Source: an uncultured Chitinophagaceae bacterium (GTDB lineage Bacteria; Bacteroidota; Bacteroidia; Chitinophagales; Chitinophagaceae). From it: DNA of 64,000 nt. Positions 37,382 to 47,345 of the stretch are shown here, in pieces. Under the pieces are notes generated by a model that was not told the origin of the DNA, did not search any database, and was given only the letters and a program-made list of their open reading frames with translations. The stretch is from contig CAXSDW010000003.1 of the NCBI GenBank assembly GCA_964236235.1, positions 22,100-86,099 of the forward strand, written 5' to 3'. The position numbers and the translations under genes were made by a program. Each line of letters begins with the position of its first letter. Positions within the stretch are counted from its first letter, which is position 1.

Positions 37382-38317
37382 ATGAAGAAAAAAATTATTA
37401 CCATTTTTACGTATCTTAAACAGGTATTTACCGAATTTTCTGAAGATAATATTCTAAAATATAGCGCATCTCTGGCTTATTACACTGTGTTTGCTTTGGC
37501 GCCCTTGCTTATTGTGATAATATCGCTTAGCAGTATATTTTATGCACCCGAAGCAATGCAGGGGCATATATTTTCTCAGATTAAAGATTTAGTTGGTCCG
37601 GCTGCGGCATTGCAAATTCAGGATACAATTAAAAATATACACATTTCAGGCAGAGGTTTTTTTGCAAGTGTAATTAGCATAATAGTATTAATAATCGGTG
37701 CCACAGGAATTTTTAGTGAGGTGCAGGATTCTTTAAATAAAATATGGGGTTTAAAAGTTCAAACAAAAAAAACGTGGTGGAAATTAATTCTTACACGCCT
37801 CTTATCTTTTTCTTTAATAGTAAGTATAGGATTTATAATGACGGTATCATTAATATTAAATGCTTTAATTTCTGCTTTTGGTACCTACCTTGGCAGGTAT
37901 CTTTCTGAGTTCAGTTTGTTATTTATTCAGATAACCGATAGTGTGCTAAGTTTTTTAGCTACAACTTTTTTGTTTGCATTGATGTTTAAAGTATTGCCGG
38001 ATGCAAAAATTAAATGGAAAGATGTATTAATAGGCGGGTTAATTACGTCAACATTTTTTACTTTGGGCAAACTGGGTATTGGTTATTATTTAGGCCAAAG
38101 TAATCTTACCACTTTGTATGGCGCCGCCGGGTCTATTATCATCATCATGGTGTGGGTGTATTACAGTGCAGTAATTCTATATTTAGGTGCTGAGTTTACA
38201 AAAGTATATGCAAAACTTCATGGCGGAAGAATACAACCTAATGAGTATGCAGTTTGGATAAAAACAGAAGAAGTAGAAGTTGGAAACCCTGTATTAAAAA
38301 AGAAAGTTTTAGAGTAG
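37382..38317 (+). CDS. YihY/BrkB family membrane protein
   Basis: SASLAYYTVFALAPLL, GATGIF.EVQDSLNKIW, LPDAKI.W, YGAAGSII..MVWVYYS. Confidence 0.92.
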   Translation: MKKKIITIFTYLKQVFTEFSEDNILKYSASLAYYTVFALAPLLIVIISLSSIFYAPEAMQGHIFSQIKDLVGPAAALQIQDTIKNIHISGRGFFASVISIIVLIIGATGIFSEVQDSLNKIWGLKVQTKKTWWKLILTRLLSFSLIVSIGFIMTVSLILNALISAFGTYLGRYLSEFSLLFIQITDSVLSFLATTFLFALMFKVLPDAKIKWKDVLIGGLITSTFFTLGKLGIGYYLGQSNLTTLYGAAGSIIIIMVWVYYSAVILYLGAEFTKVYAKLHGGRIQPNEYAVWIKTEEVEVGNPVLKKKVLE

Positions 38318-38347
38318 ATTTGCACTCCTTATTATCATAAATTAATT

Positions 38348-39757
38348 ATGAAAAAAAGAATTCTTATTATTGATGATGATCTTGACATGTGCCTTCTGCT
38401 TGGCAGGTTTCTTATAAAAAAAGGATACGAAGCTGATTCAGCGCATAGTGCAGCAAAAGGAATTGCTAAATTTTTTGAAGGAAATTATGATATTGTGTTG
38501 TGTGATTACCGTCTTGGCGATAAAGACGGCAGAGATGTATTACAAAAGATAAAAGAAATAAAGCCTCAAACGATAGTTATAATTATTACCGGATATTCCG
38601 ATATCAAAACTGCTGTGGATGTAATTAAGCTTGGCGCTTTTGATTATATAACCAAGCCGCTAATTCCGGATGAAGTGGTTAATGTAATTGAAAATGCGTT
38701 ATCAAAATCTTCAGATAATAAATTACCGGATATTCAAACACCTGAAATAAAAGTAAAAAAGCCTTATGTTGTTTCTGCCGACCAGGAATTTTTAGTAGGC
38801 CAGGATGGAGAAACAGCTCACTTATATAAGCAAATAGAAATTGTTGCTTCTACTAATTACAGTATAATATTATACGGTGAAAGCGGTACTGGTAAAGAAT
38901 TAATTGCCAAAACGATTCATGAATACAGCAACAGGAAAAACATGCCCTTTATTGCAATAGATTGTGGAACTCTTTCAAAGGAACTTGCGGGAAGTGAATT
39001 ATTTGGCCATGTAAAAGGAAGTTTTACAGGAGCAATAATTGATAAAGAGGGGCACTTTGAATTGGCTAACGGAGGTACACTTTTTTTAGATGAGGTTACT
39101 AATCTTTCTTACGAAATACAGGCAGCATTATTAAGAGTGATACAGGAAAGAAAATTTAAAAGAGTAGGCGGCACTAAAGAAATGGATGTAGATATAAGGA
39201 TCATTGTAGCATCTAATGAGAATCTGCAGGACGCTTACAGAAAAGGAAAATTTCGTGAAGATCTTTATCACAGGTTTAATGAATTTTCAATTAACCTGCC
39301 ACCTTTAAGAAACCGTAAAATAGACATTCCGTTATTTGCTGATTTCTTTCTTGATAAAACCAATAAAGAATTAGGTAAACATGTTGAAGGCTACGAGGAT
39401 AATGTGATGGAAATGTTTTTAAATTATAGCTGGCCGGGGAATCTCAGGGAATTCAGGAACGTGGTTCGCAGAGCCGTGCTGCTAACGCCTTCTGGTAAAA
39501 TAAGCGCTAAGGTATTGCCGTGGGAAATTGCTAATTCTTATCTTCATCAGCCTTATGTTGAAAATAATGTGCATCAGGAAAATAATGTTGTAATCCCCAA
39601 AGATCTGGATCTGAAAGATGCAGCTGCAAAAGCTGAATACGATACTATAATGAACGTTTTAAAAGACGTTAATTTTAATAAAACCAAAGCAGCCGAGATT
39701 CTTAAGATAGATAGAAAAACGTTGTATAATAAAATTAAAGTATATCAATCTTTGTAG
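38348..39757 (+). CDS. NtrC-family sigma54-dependent response regulator (bEBP)
   Basis: Receiver LCDYRL; Walker A GESGTGKE; GSFTGA; Walker B TLFLDE; FREDLYHR; WPGNLRE; Fis-type HTH NKTKAAEILKIDRKTLYNK. Confidence 0.95.
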   Translation: MKKRILIIDDDLDMCLLLGRFLIKKGYEADSAHSAAKGIAKFFEGNYDIVLCDYRLGDKDGRDVLQKIKEIKPQTIVIIITGYSDIKTAVDVIKLGAFDYITKPLIPDEVVNVIENALSKSSDNKLPDIQTPEIKVKKPYVVSADQEFLVGQDGETAHLYKQIEIVASTNYSIILYGESGTGKELIAKTIHEYSNRKNMPFIAIDCGTLSKELAGSELFGHVKGSFTGAIIDKEGHFELANGGTLFLDEVTNLSYEIQAALLRVIQERKFKRVGGTKEMDVDIRIIVASNENLQDAYRKGKFREDLYHRFNEFSINLPPLRNRKIDIPLFADFFLDKTNKELGKHVEGYEDNVMEMFLNYSWPGNLREFRNVVRRAVLLTPSGKISAKVLPWEIANSYLHQPYVENNVHQENNVVIPKDLDLKDAAAKAEYDTIMNVLKDVNFNKTKAAEILKIDRKTLYNKIKVYQSL

Positions 39758-39804
39758 TTTTTCTTTAAACAATTACGTAAATTATTAATTACGTTTGAGG
39801 TAAA

Positions 39805-39819
39805 GGGTACAAGATTTGT
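39805..39819 (+). promoter_or_regulatory. sigma54 -24/-12-like element
   Basis: GGGTA-CAAGAT-TTGT, 32 nt before ATG 39851. Confidence 0.45.
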
Positions 39820-39850
39820 CTTTGAGATTATTCACTTAAATAACATATTT

Positions 39851-40201
39851 ATGATAGAGCAAAAGCCAGGTGAAATGTCCACCTTAACCTCAGTATTAGA
39901 AAAATTAAGAATAAAAAAGCATGATAAAGAATTTAGAATGACTCCTGAAGGATTTTCTGCCGGAACGGGTAAAGTATATCAGCCGCAGGATCTTAAAATT
40001 ATACGTACTTACCGGTTTGAAGGCGAATCTGATCCTTCAGATAATACCATTGTTTATCTTATTGAAGCAAATAATGGATTAATAGGATATTCGATGGATG
40101 CTTATGGTGTTTACAGTGACCATGATGATGACGGCTATGATGATTTTATAAGAAAAATCCCGGTAGAAGAAAGAGATGAGCAACAAATTTTTCAGGATTA
40201 A
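39851..40201 (+). CDS. Conserved Bacteroidota hypothetical protein
   Basis: I...YRFEGESDPSDN.IVY.IE...G..G...DAYG.YS pattern; function unknown. Confidence 0.75.
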   Translation: MIEQKPGEMSTLTSVLEKLRIKKHDKEFRMTPEGFSAGTGKVYQPQDLKIIRTYRFEGESDPSDNTIVYLIEANNGLIGYSMDAYGVYSDHDDDGYDDFIRKIPVEERDEQQIFQD

Positions 40202-41992
40202 TTACCGGTAAAGCCTTTCTACAACATCGCTGTATTTCTGCATTACGATTTTGCGTCTGATGCTTAACTTAGGAGTCATTTCACCGGTTTCTACACTCCA
40301 GTCATATGGCAACAATTCAAATTTTTTTATTTGTTCCACATGACTGAAATGTTGGTTAAATCCATTAATAATTTCTTTATACATTTTCAAAACCTCTTTG
40401 TTCTTTATCATTTCCACATTGGTGCTATAATTTATTTGATGCCGGCTGCACCATTCCCTTAAATTAGAAAAAGAAGGAATTATGAGTGCAGCAGTATACT
40501 TTTTATCTTCCCCAACTATCAACACATTTTCTATATAAGAAGATTCTTTTAATTTATTTTCGATAGGCAATGGTGCAACATATTTTCCGCCGCTTGTTTT
40601 AAACATCTCCTTTTTTCTGTCTGTAATTTTTAAAAACTTATTGTTTATTAAGGTACCGATATCACCGGTTTTAAACCAGCCATCTTCAAATGTTTCAGCA
40701 GTAAGTGCAGGCTGCTTATAATAGCCCATCATAACATTAGGCCCTTTGCATAATATTTCACCGTCATGTGCAATTTTCACCTGTACACCATTTATTAAAG
40801 GCCCCACGGTACCAAGCATTCTTTCATCCACGTTATACCTGTTCACGCTTATTACAGGCGAGGTTTCGGTTAAACCGTATCCTTCCATAATAGGAATTCC
40901 TGCGGCAGTAAATATTTTTATCAGCCTTACCTGGCACGCTGCACCGCCCGAAACGATGCATTTTATGCGGCCACCCAATGCTTCTCTCCATTTTTTAAAG
41001 ATCAATTTATTGGCAATATATAATTGCAGGTTATAGGCAAAGCCCATGTTTTTATTTATTTCAAATTTTAACGCCAGCCCGTGAGCCCAAAAAAATAATC
41101 TTTTTTTTACGCCGGTAAGTTCAATGCCTTTGTCCATTATTTTATCGTAAACTTTTTCTAATAAACGGGGTACAGTAGTAAACAAATCAGGCTTTATTTC
41201 TTTAAGATTTTCACCAATGGCTTCTAAACTTTCAGCATAATAAATTGATGTACCATTAAATAAATATATGTAGCTGATCATTCTTTCAAAAATATGATTG
41301 AGCGGCAAAAAACTTAAAGCCTTCATATTTTTACCTGGCGGAAAACAAGGAAGAGAAGCCACTACATTACTTATCAGGTTTTTATGTGACAACATTACTC
41401 CTTTGGGTATGCCGGTGGTTCCTGATGTATAAATTATAGTTGCCAGGTCTTCGTACTTAATTTTTTCTGAGATTTTGGATGCTTCGGCTAACAATTCCGG
41501 TGTAGATAATAATAAAACCTCGCTCCAGTTTTTTACATCTTTTATTCGCTCAAAAGAATAAATTTCTTTTAAATAAGGCAAGTGACTTTCAATGGCTGAT
41601 AGTTTTGCAGCTACTTTTTCATCATCAATAAAGATCATTTTTACTTGTGCATCATTTAAAATATATTCAAGCTCGGTGGCAGCAATAGTGGGATACACAG
41701 GCGTAAGCACAGCGCCAATGTGTTGCACAGCCAAATCAAGTATCAGCCATTCAGGACGGTTCTTTGAGATAACGGCAATTTTGTCCCTGTTTTCAGCCGT
41801 CATATCTCCGCAGCTTATTCCCTTACTAAGAAGTCCTGCACTAAGCTCATTTATATTTTTCGCTACTTTTTCAGTGCTATATTTAATCCACACACCATTT
41901 TCTTTTGAAGCAAGCATATCTTCCAAAGGTGCATGTTGCAACAGATAGTCAACACAATCAAACAATCGTTTACAATCCGTTATTGATGTCAT
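40202..41992 (-). CDS. Long-chain fatty acid--CoA ligase (AMP-dependent synthetase)
   Basis: IIYTSGTTG.PKGVMLSH, EGYGLTETSP, GWFKTGDIG, ITDRKKEMFKTSGGKYVAP. Confidence 0.92.
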   Translation of the reverse strand: MTSITDCKRLFDCVDYLLQHAPLEDMLASKENGVWIKYSTEKVAKNINELSAGLLSKGISCGDMTAENRDKIAVISKNRPEWLILDLAVQHIGAVLTPVYPTIAATELEYILNDAQVKMIFIDDEKVAAKLSAIESHLPYLKEIYSFERIKDVKNWSEVLLLSTPELLAEASKISEKIKYEDLATIIYTSGTTGIPKGVMLSHKNLISNVVASLPCFPPGKNMKALSFLPLNHIFERMISYIYLFNGTSIYYAESLEAIGENLKEIKPDLFTTVPRLLEKVYDKIMDKGIELTGVKKRLFFWAHGLALKFEINKNMGFAYNLQLYIANKLIFKKWREALGGRIKCIVSGGAACQVRLIKIFTAAGIPIMEGYGLTETSPVISVNRYNVDERMLGTVGPLINGVQVKIAHDGEILCKGPNVMMGYYKQPALTAETFEDGWFKTGDIGTLINNKFLKITDRKKEMFKTSGGKYVAPLPIENKLKESSYIENVLIVGEDKKYTAALIIPSFSNLREWCSRHQINYSTNVEMIKNKEVLKMYKEIINGFNQHFSHVEQIKKFELLPYDWSVETGEMTPKLSIRRKIVMQKYSDVVERLYR

Positions 41993-42088
41993 TATAGTTT
42001 AAAAACTTGTTAGAAAATAAACTTTTGCTCGTGAATAGTGAATGACAAATCAGCGACATTGAATTGACCATTCATGAATTGCCACAGG

Positions 42089-43096
42089 TTATTTATGATA
42101 ATATTGCTGTGCAGGTATTTTAAAAACTCTTCCTTTTTGAAACCTTGAAAAAGTATCATACTCAGTCGCATGAGTACTTGTCCAGTTTTGATAAGCAACT
42201 AAATTTTGTGCTGATCCAAATATCCATTGATTATATGCATCAAACATACCTTCTCTAAGCAACTGTAAATGATAATCAAAAAGCCTGAATGGAAATTTTG
42301 AAGAATAACTATTGAACCAATCTAAAACAAAACGTGTTCTTATCATAGTAAGTGTTTCGGGATTGATACCTGATGCAGCAATATTATTCTGCTTATATAA
42401 TGTTTGCAGAAAAGCCTGTTCAAAATTATTCTTATCTTTTGTGTTTATAAAAATATCGTTATCAGCAAATAATTTTTTATAACTGTCAAGTAAGATGTTC
42501 TTTATTTCAGGAGTTCTGCTGGTTAATACTTCAATATTTAAAAATATTTCGCCATAAATAATACTCCAGATACGGTTAGAAGTAAGGTAATAATATTTGC
42601 ATGCATTATAATAATTGACGCTGTATCCCGGGTCCATTTCAATCCCTTTTTCCCATTGCTTAATTGCATTTGGATCCTGGGTTGCAAATAATAATTCACC
42701 ATACTCATTATACAAAGCGCCGCTTTGGGGAAACTTTTTTATGCCTTTTTTATACAGTTTTTCACATTCCTTTTCCTGCCCTAAAGCCTTGTATATGTTT
42801 CCTGTAATTTGATAACATTGATCATCTGCATCCTTGCGCTCAGTAATAGGTTTAGCAATTTCCAGCGCTTTTGAATAATCTTTTTGAAGAAAGTAATTAA
42901 ACGCAATATCTTTTAAGATTTCGATATTATCAGGCTCCTGCTGCAGAGCCCGGTTTAGCACAAGGGAAGCATTAGCCAAATCGCCCTGCCGCATAAAAGT
43001 TTTGCCAGTTTCATGAAGCTGTTTCGCATCCTGTGTTTGCGCTATTATTTGCACACAAAAAATAGCGAAAATTGAAAGTATAAAAAGTTTTTTCAT
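42089..43096 (-). CDS. Secreted tetratricopeptide repeat protein
   Basis: Signal peptide; TPR-like helices (YKKGIKKFP.SG.LYNEYG). Confidence 0.75.
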   Translation of the reverse strand: MKKLFILSIFAIFCVQIIAQTQDAKQLHETGKTFMRQGDLANASLVLNRALQQEPDNIEILKDIAFNYFLQKDYSKALEIAKPITERKDADDQCYQITGNIYKALGQEKECEKLYKKGIKKFPQSGALYNEYGELLFATQDPNAIKQWEKGIEMDPGYSVNYYNACKYYYLTSNRIWSIIYGEIFLNIEVLTSRTPEIKNILLDSYKKLFADNDIFINTKDKNNFEQAFLQTLYKQNNIAASGINPETLTMIRTRFVLDWFNSYSSKFPFRLFDYHLQLLREGMFDAYNQWIFGSAQNLVAYQNWTSTHATEYDTFSRFQKGRVFKIPAQQYYHK

Positions 43097-43143
43097 TCTT
43101 ATAAAGATAAAAAAATATGCCTGCTATAAGTGTAATGATATGC

Positions 43144-44370
43144 TTAGTTTATCATGTGTGTTAATAAACCATCTCTTAGTTTTGGTTCGAACCACGTACT
43201 TTTCGGAGGCATAATACTTCCACTTTCAGCAATGGTAAACAATTGTTCAATGCTTACAGGATATATGCTGAATGCTACAGCCATTTGTCCGCTATTAACG
43301 CAGTTCTCTAATTCGGACAAACCACGAATTCCACCTACAAAATCTATTCGCTTATCTGTTCTTTGATCTGATATTCCAAGAACAGGTTGCAACAATTTAT
43401 CCTGTAATATAGTTATATCTAAATCTTTTACCGGGTCATTTGCAGGCTGATAATCTTTAACACTAAGCGAATACCATTCACCTGCCAGGTACATCCCAAA
43501 TGTATGCGGTTCTAAAGGCAAAAACGCTTCATGTGATTTTTGCATGGAAAAATTCTCTTTTATTTTCTGGATAAATTCTTCTTTACTTAATCCGTTTAAA
43601 TCTTTAATTACACGATTATAATCCATTATTTTTAACTGGTTAGATGGAAATAATGTAGTTAAAAAATAATTTGCTGCAGTAGAATCCCCGCTTAAATAAG
43701 TGCGCACTTTTGCTGCAGAAGCAGCCCTGTGATGCCCATCTGCTATATATGTGGCCTGTATATGATCTTTAAAAAGTGCAGTAAGTTGTTTAATAACTTT
43801 CTCGTCATTTACTATCCATACAGTGTGGCGTACATTATCATTGGCTTCAAAATCATAAACTGAGCTTCTTTCTTCTTTCCAGTTTTCAATAATCTCATCA
43901 ATTGCCGGTAAATATTTATAAGCTAAAAAAACATTGCCCGTTTGTGCCTTTGTAGTTTTGATATGATTGATCCTGTCCAGTTCTTTATCAGGCCTTGTAA
44001 GCTCATGTTTTTTTATAAGATTATTTTCATAATCATCAAGTGAGCTGCAGCATACAAGACCAGTCTGGCTATTGCCGTTCATTACAAGCCGGTAAATATA
44101 ATAGCACGATTTATTCTCAGTAAATAATATATTCCGGCTAATAAAGGCATCAAGATTTTGCCTGGCTTTATCATATACTTTTTGTGAATGAGGATCAACA
44201 GCGGGAGGCAGGTCAATTTCACTTTTAGTAATATGCAAAAATGAATTTGGATTTCCCTGCGCTTCTATTTTAGCCTCGGCGCTCGTAAGTACATCATAAG
44301 GTTTTGAAGCAACTTGTTTTGCAAATGGAGCTTCAGGCCGCAATGCTTTAAATGGAATAATGGTCACCAT
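43144..44370 (-). CDS. DUF1015 family protein
   Basis: PYDV, IKKHELTRP.KE.DR, YIADGHHRAASA, IMPPKSTWFEPKLRDGL. Confidence 0.92.
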   Translation of the reverse strand: MVTIIPFKALRPEAPFAKQVASKPYDVLTSAEAKIEAQGNPNSFLHITKSEIDLPPAVDPHSQKVYDKARQNLDAFISRNILFTENKSCYYIYRLVMNGNSQTGLVCCSSLDDYENNLIKKHELTRPDKELDRINHIKTTKAQTGNVFLAYKYLPAIDEIIENWKEERSSVYDFEANDNVRHTVWIVNDEKVIKQLTALFKDHIQATYIADGHHRAASAAKVRTYLSGDSTAANYFLTTLFPSNQLKIMDYNRVIKDLNGLSKEEFIQKIKENFSMQKSHEAFLPLEPHTFGMYLAGEWYSLSVKDYQPANDPVKDLDITILQDKLLQPVLGISDQRTDKRIDFVGGIRGLSELENCVNSGQMAVAFSIYPVSIEQLFTIAESGSIMPPKSTWFEPKLRDGLLTHMIN

Positions 44371-44460
44371 GTTTTGGCAGGCTCATCGCTATGGCCGATG
44401 AGAATTTTAATGATTATGTTATCAAATATAATAAGTAATTGTAAAGAAGGCGCAGTGGAG

Positions 44461-45570
44461 TTAATTATACTTTAATGCAAAATCTTTCATAATATCAGCC
44501 AGCATTTTAACACTGCTTAAAGGCATTGCATTATATAAAGAAGCCCTGAAGCCGCCTGCAGTTCTATGACCTTTGATACCAACAATGCCTTGCTGTTTTG
44601 TAAATGATAAAAACTCATCTTCAAGCTCTTTATTAGTAATTACAAAGCATACATTCATTTTGCTCCTGTCATCTTTTGCTACGTTACCTTTAAACAAAGG
44701 GTTGGCATCTATTTCTTTATAAAGAAGTTCAGCTTTTTCATTGTTTAATTTTTCAATTGCACATACCCCGCCCTGTTTTTTTAACCAGCGTAATGTAAGC
44801 AGGCAAACATATACTGCAAAAACGGGAGGCGTGTTGAGCATGCTGCCTTCTTTTATGTGATTACGATAATCCATTATAGTAGGTATTGGGCGTTTTACAT
44901 TTCCCAAAATATTTTTATTTACAACCAAAAGATTTACTCCTGCCGCTCCTACATTTTTTTGTGCGCCTGCATATATTAAACCGAATAAATTAAAATCAAT
45001 TACCCGGCTTAACACATCACTGCTCATATCAGCAATTAGTGGAATGTTAGCAGAAGGAATTTTTTGCCATTGCGTTCCATGTATAGTATTGTTGGTGGTG
45101 AGATGAAAGTATGCAGCATCACCAGGCACTTTAAAATCTTTAGGTATGTAAGTAAAATTGGATTCTCTTGAACTGCATACAATATTTACATTGCCAAATA
45201 ACCTGGCTTCTTTGATAGCTTTGTCAGACCATATGCCCGTTTCTGCGTAAGCTGCTGTTTCATTTTCATTAAGCAAATTCATTGGCACCTGCATAAACTG
45301 CGTTGAGGCTCCGCCATGTAAAAAAAGAACCTCATGATCATTATCCAGATCCATAAGTTCTTTTACCAAATCTCTTGCCTCATCCATTACATCCTGAAAT
45401 AATGAAGTGCGGTGACCTAATTCTAAAATTGATAAACCGGTATTATTATAATTTAAAATAGCCTCAGCCGCTTGCTCAAAAACCTCTTTTGGTAATATTG
45501 ACGGGCCGGCGTTAAAATTATGTATGCCCACATTTGTTGCCGGCAAAGTAGCTGTATGCATGTAATTCAT
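44461..45570 (-). CDS. serC: Phosphoserine aminotransferase
   Basis: HNFNAGPSILP, FLHGGASTQF, DMSSD, YAGAQKNVG.AG, NTPP, KGHR..GGFRASLYNA. Confidence 0.96.
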   Translation of the reverse strand: MNYMHTATLPATNVGIHNFNAGPSILPKEVFEQAAEAILNYNNTGLSILELGHRTSLFQDVMDEARDLVKELMDLDNDHEVLFLHGGASTQFMQVPMNLLNENETAAYAETGIWSDKAIKEARLFGNVNIVCSSRESNFTYIPKDFKVPGDAAYFHLTTNNTIHGTQWQKIPSANIPLIADMSSDVLSRVIDFNLFGLIYAGAQKNVGAAGVNLLVVNKNILGNVKRPIPTIMDYRNHIKEGSMLNTPPVFAVYVCLLTLRWLKKQGGVCAIEKLNNEKAELLYKEIDANPLFKGNVAKDDRSKMNVCFVITNKELEDEFLSFTKQQGIVGIKGHRTAGGFRASLYNAMPLSSVKMLADIMKDFALKYN

Positions 45571-45626
45571 TTAGTGCAAATGTATAAAATAAAACAGCTC
45601 CTGATTTAGAACTGTACCTATGCTTG

Positions 45627-46592
45627 TTATTCATGTTCCCGGCCTTTAATTTTTGCGCTGTTCCATTGCTCATTTAAAGTTTCAAATTCTTTAAGATCGC
45701 TTTCTGAAAATGTTTGTTTAGCTAAATCAGTAAGATCCGGCTGGCCGGCATTTACCCACGCTGTGTACCAAAAAGATGCAACAGAAAAAATGGCCAGTCG
45801 CATACGGCGCTCAACCATTCCGTTTAATTTTTTATCATATGCTCTTGTAAAAGCTGATGAATATTGCCGTATTATAACATTATTTCTTGCTTCAAAAGCG
45901 TATTTCTTATCACTAGAGAATTGATTTGTGAGTGCCCGTTCAAACTTTAAAACTGAATCTGCTTCGATGCTGCTTTCTAAAACTCTTGCCCATACATATT
46001 CGGCGGGATTTTTTATATACTGCGCTTTACCAATAAAAAAATCAAATTCTTTGTCTGCAAGCAATTCCGGCACACGGCTTTCCCAAAAGCCATGAATACC
46101 TTTTTGATTTGTATATTGCCCGTTATGATTTGAATTGGCATGAAGCGGCACATGTGAATCAGCAATATAATGCCCTATCTCAGCACTGTTCTTCATAATT
46201 TTTGAAAAGTTCTTTTCTTTAAAAGCAGTAGTCAGGCGCTGCAACATTACTTGTATATGCCACGGAACAATGCCATATGCGTTTAACGAATCTTCGCCAA
46301 ATTTAGCAACGGCATCATTCCATTTTCTCGGCAAAGTATTATAGGGATATTCTCCATAATGATCAATATCTATATAATGCCTTGGGCCTTCCTGCGCAAC
46401 AGCGTATCTTCTTTTATCAGGATCAACAGCATGCTCACTTAAAAAATAAATATTAGGTTTATACAAAACCATCATTTGCGGAGGTAGCAAGAAAACTGCA
46501 TAATAATTTATTTTTTTATGGGCAAAAAATCCCCAGCAATAACTGCAAAAATGAGTAATTAATAATGTGAAAATCAGGATTGCTTTTTTCAA
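45627..46592 (-). CDS. Secreted zinc-dependent phospholipase C / S1-P1 nuclease family protein
   Basis: Signal peptide, then WGFFAH; HYIDID; GHYIADSHVPLH; H.FWE. Confidence 0.82.
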   Translation of the reverse strand: MKKAILIFTLLITHFCSYCWGFFAHKKINYYAVFLLPPQMMVLYKPNIYFLSEHAVDPDKRRYAVAQEGPRHYIDIDHYGEYPYNTLPRKWNDAVAKFGEDSLNAYGIVPWHIQVMLQRLTTAFKEKNFSKIMKNSAEIGHYIADSHVPLHANSNHNGQYTNQKGIHGFWESRVPELLADKEFDFFIGKAQYIKNPAEYVWARVLESSIEADSVLKFERALTNQFSSDKKYAFEARNNVIIRQYSSAFTRAYDKKLNGMVERRMRLAIFSVASFWYTAWVNAGQPDLTDLAKQTFSESDLKEFETLNEQWNSAKIKGREHE

Positions 46593-46637
46593 GATGTTCT
46601 GTTAAGACTTAAGTAAAAAATATATATTATAATTCAG

Positions 46638-47255
46638 TTAACGATGATATTCTTCTACTATATCAGTTACGCCGCCGCTCACCGCAAACTTCATGGTTTG
46701 TGTAGCGCTAATGTTTGTAATAGGCCTTATCCTTTCTTTAGGAATAATATACACATTGCCGGCCACGGAATACGCCATCGGGATATACACAGCAACAAAA
46801 TCTGCCATGGCAAACTTGCTCATATCTTCCTGCGTTAAAAACCCTACACGCCACACATCATTATTTTCAATATTTGCCAATACACCTTTGGTAAACTTCT
46901 TTTTATTTCCGGCAAAGGCTTCAAAAAAATCCCTGATAAATGAGTAGAATAATTTTATGCCGGGTGTTCTTTCCAGCAAGCTGTCAATGATTGAAATTAC
47001 CCTGCTTATTACAAAAGATGAACTTAAGTAACCAACGACTAAAACAAAGCAGATTATTATTATAAAGCCAATGCCGGGTATATTAATTACAGGACGCAGA
47101 ATGTTATCAATTTTATCAAACACAATATAAATGGTATAAAATGTAATGGCTACCGGGCCAATTATTAAAAGCCCCTGCAGAAAATATTGAATTAATTTTT
47201 GATAACGTATTGATCGGGACATGATGAAAAATTTATGATAATAAAGGTAGGCCAC
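46638..47255 (-). CDS. DUF502 family membrane protein
   Basis: FLQGLLI..P..IT, ERTP..K..Y, VYIP..Y...G, MKF.VSGG. Confidence 0.88.
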   Translation of the reverse strand: MAYLYYHKFFIMSRSIRYQKLIQYFLQGLLIIGPVAITFYTIYIVFDKIDNILRPVINIPGIGFIIIICFVLVVGYLSSSFVISRVISIIDSLLERTPGIKLFYSFIRDFFEAFAGNKKKFTKGVLANIENNDVWRVGFLTQEDMSKFAMADFVAVYIPMAYSVAGNVYIIPKERIRPITNISATQTMKFAVSGGVTDIVEEYHR

Positions 47256-47291
47256 TCATATTATAAATTACCGCTTATAAAAGTTATTACA

Positions 47292-47328
47292 GGAAACTTT
47301 GGTTTATAAAAAAGTTTCCATAGTTTTG
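47292..47328 (+). promoter_or_regulatory. Promoter and probable TetR operator of the efflux operon
   Basis: Inverted repeat GGAAACTTT-N10-AAAGTTTCC (47292-47319) abutting the TAGTTTTG -7 element (47321-47328). Confidence 0.65.
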
Positions 47329-47345
47329 CCGCCGAATTTGTTTTT

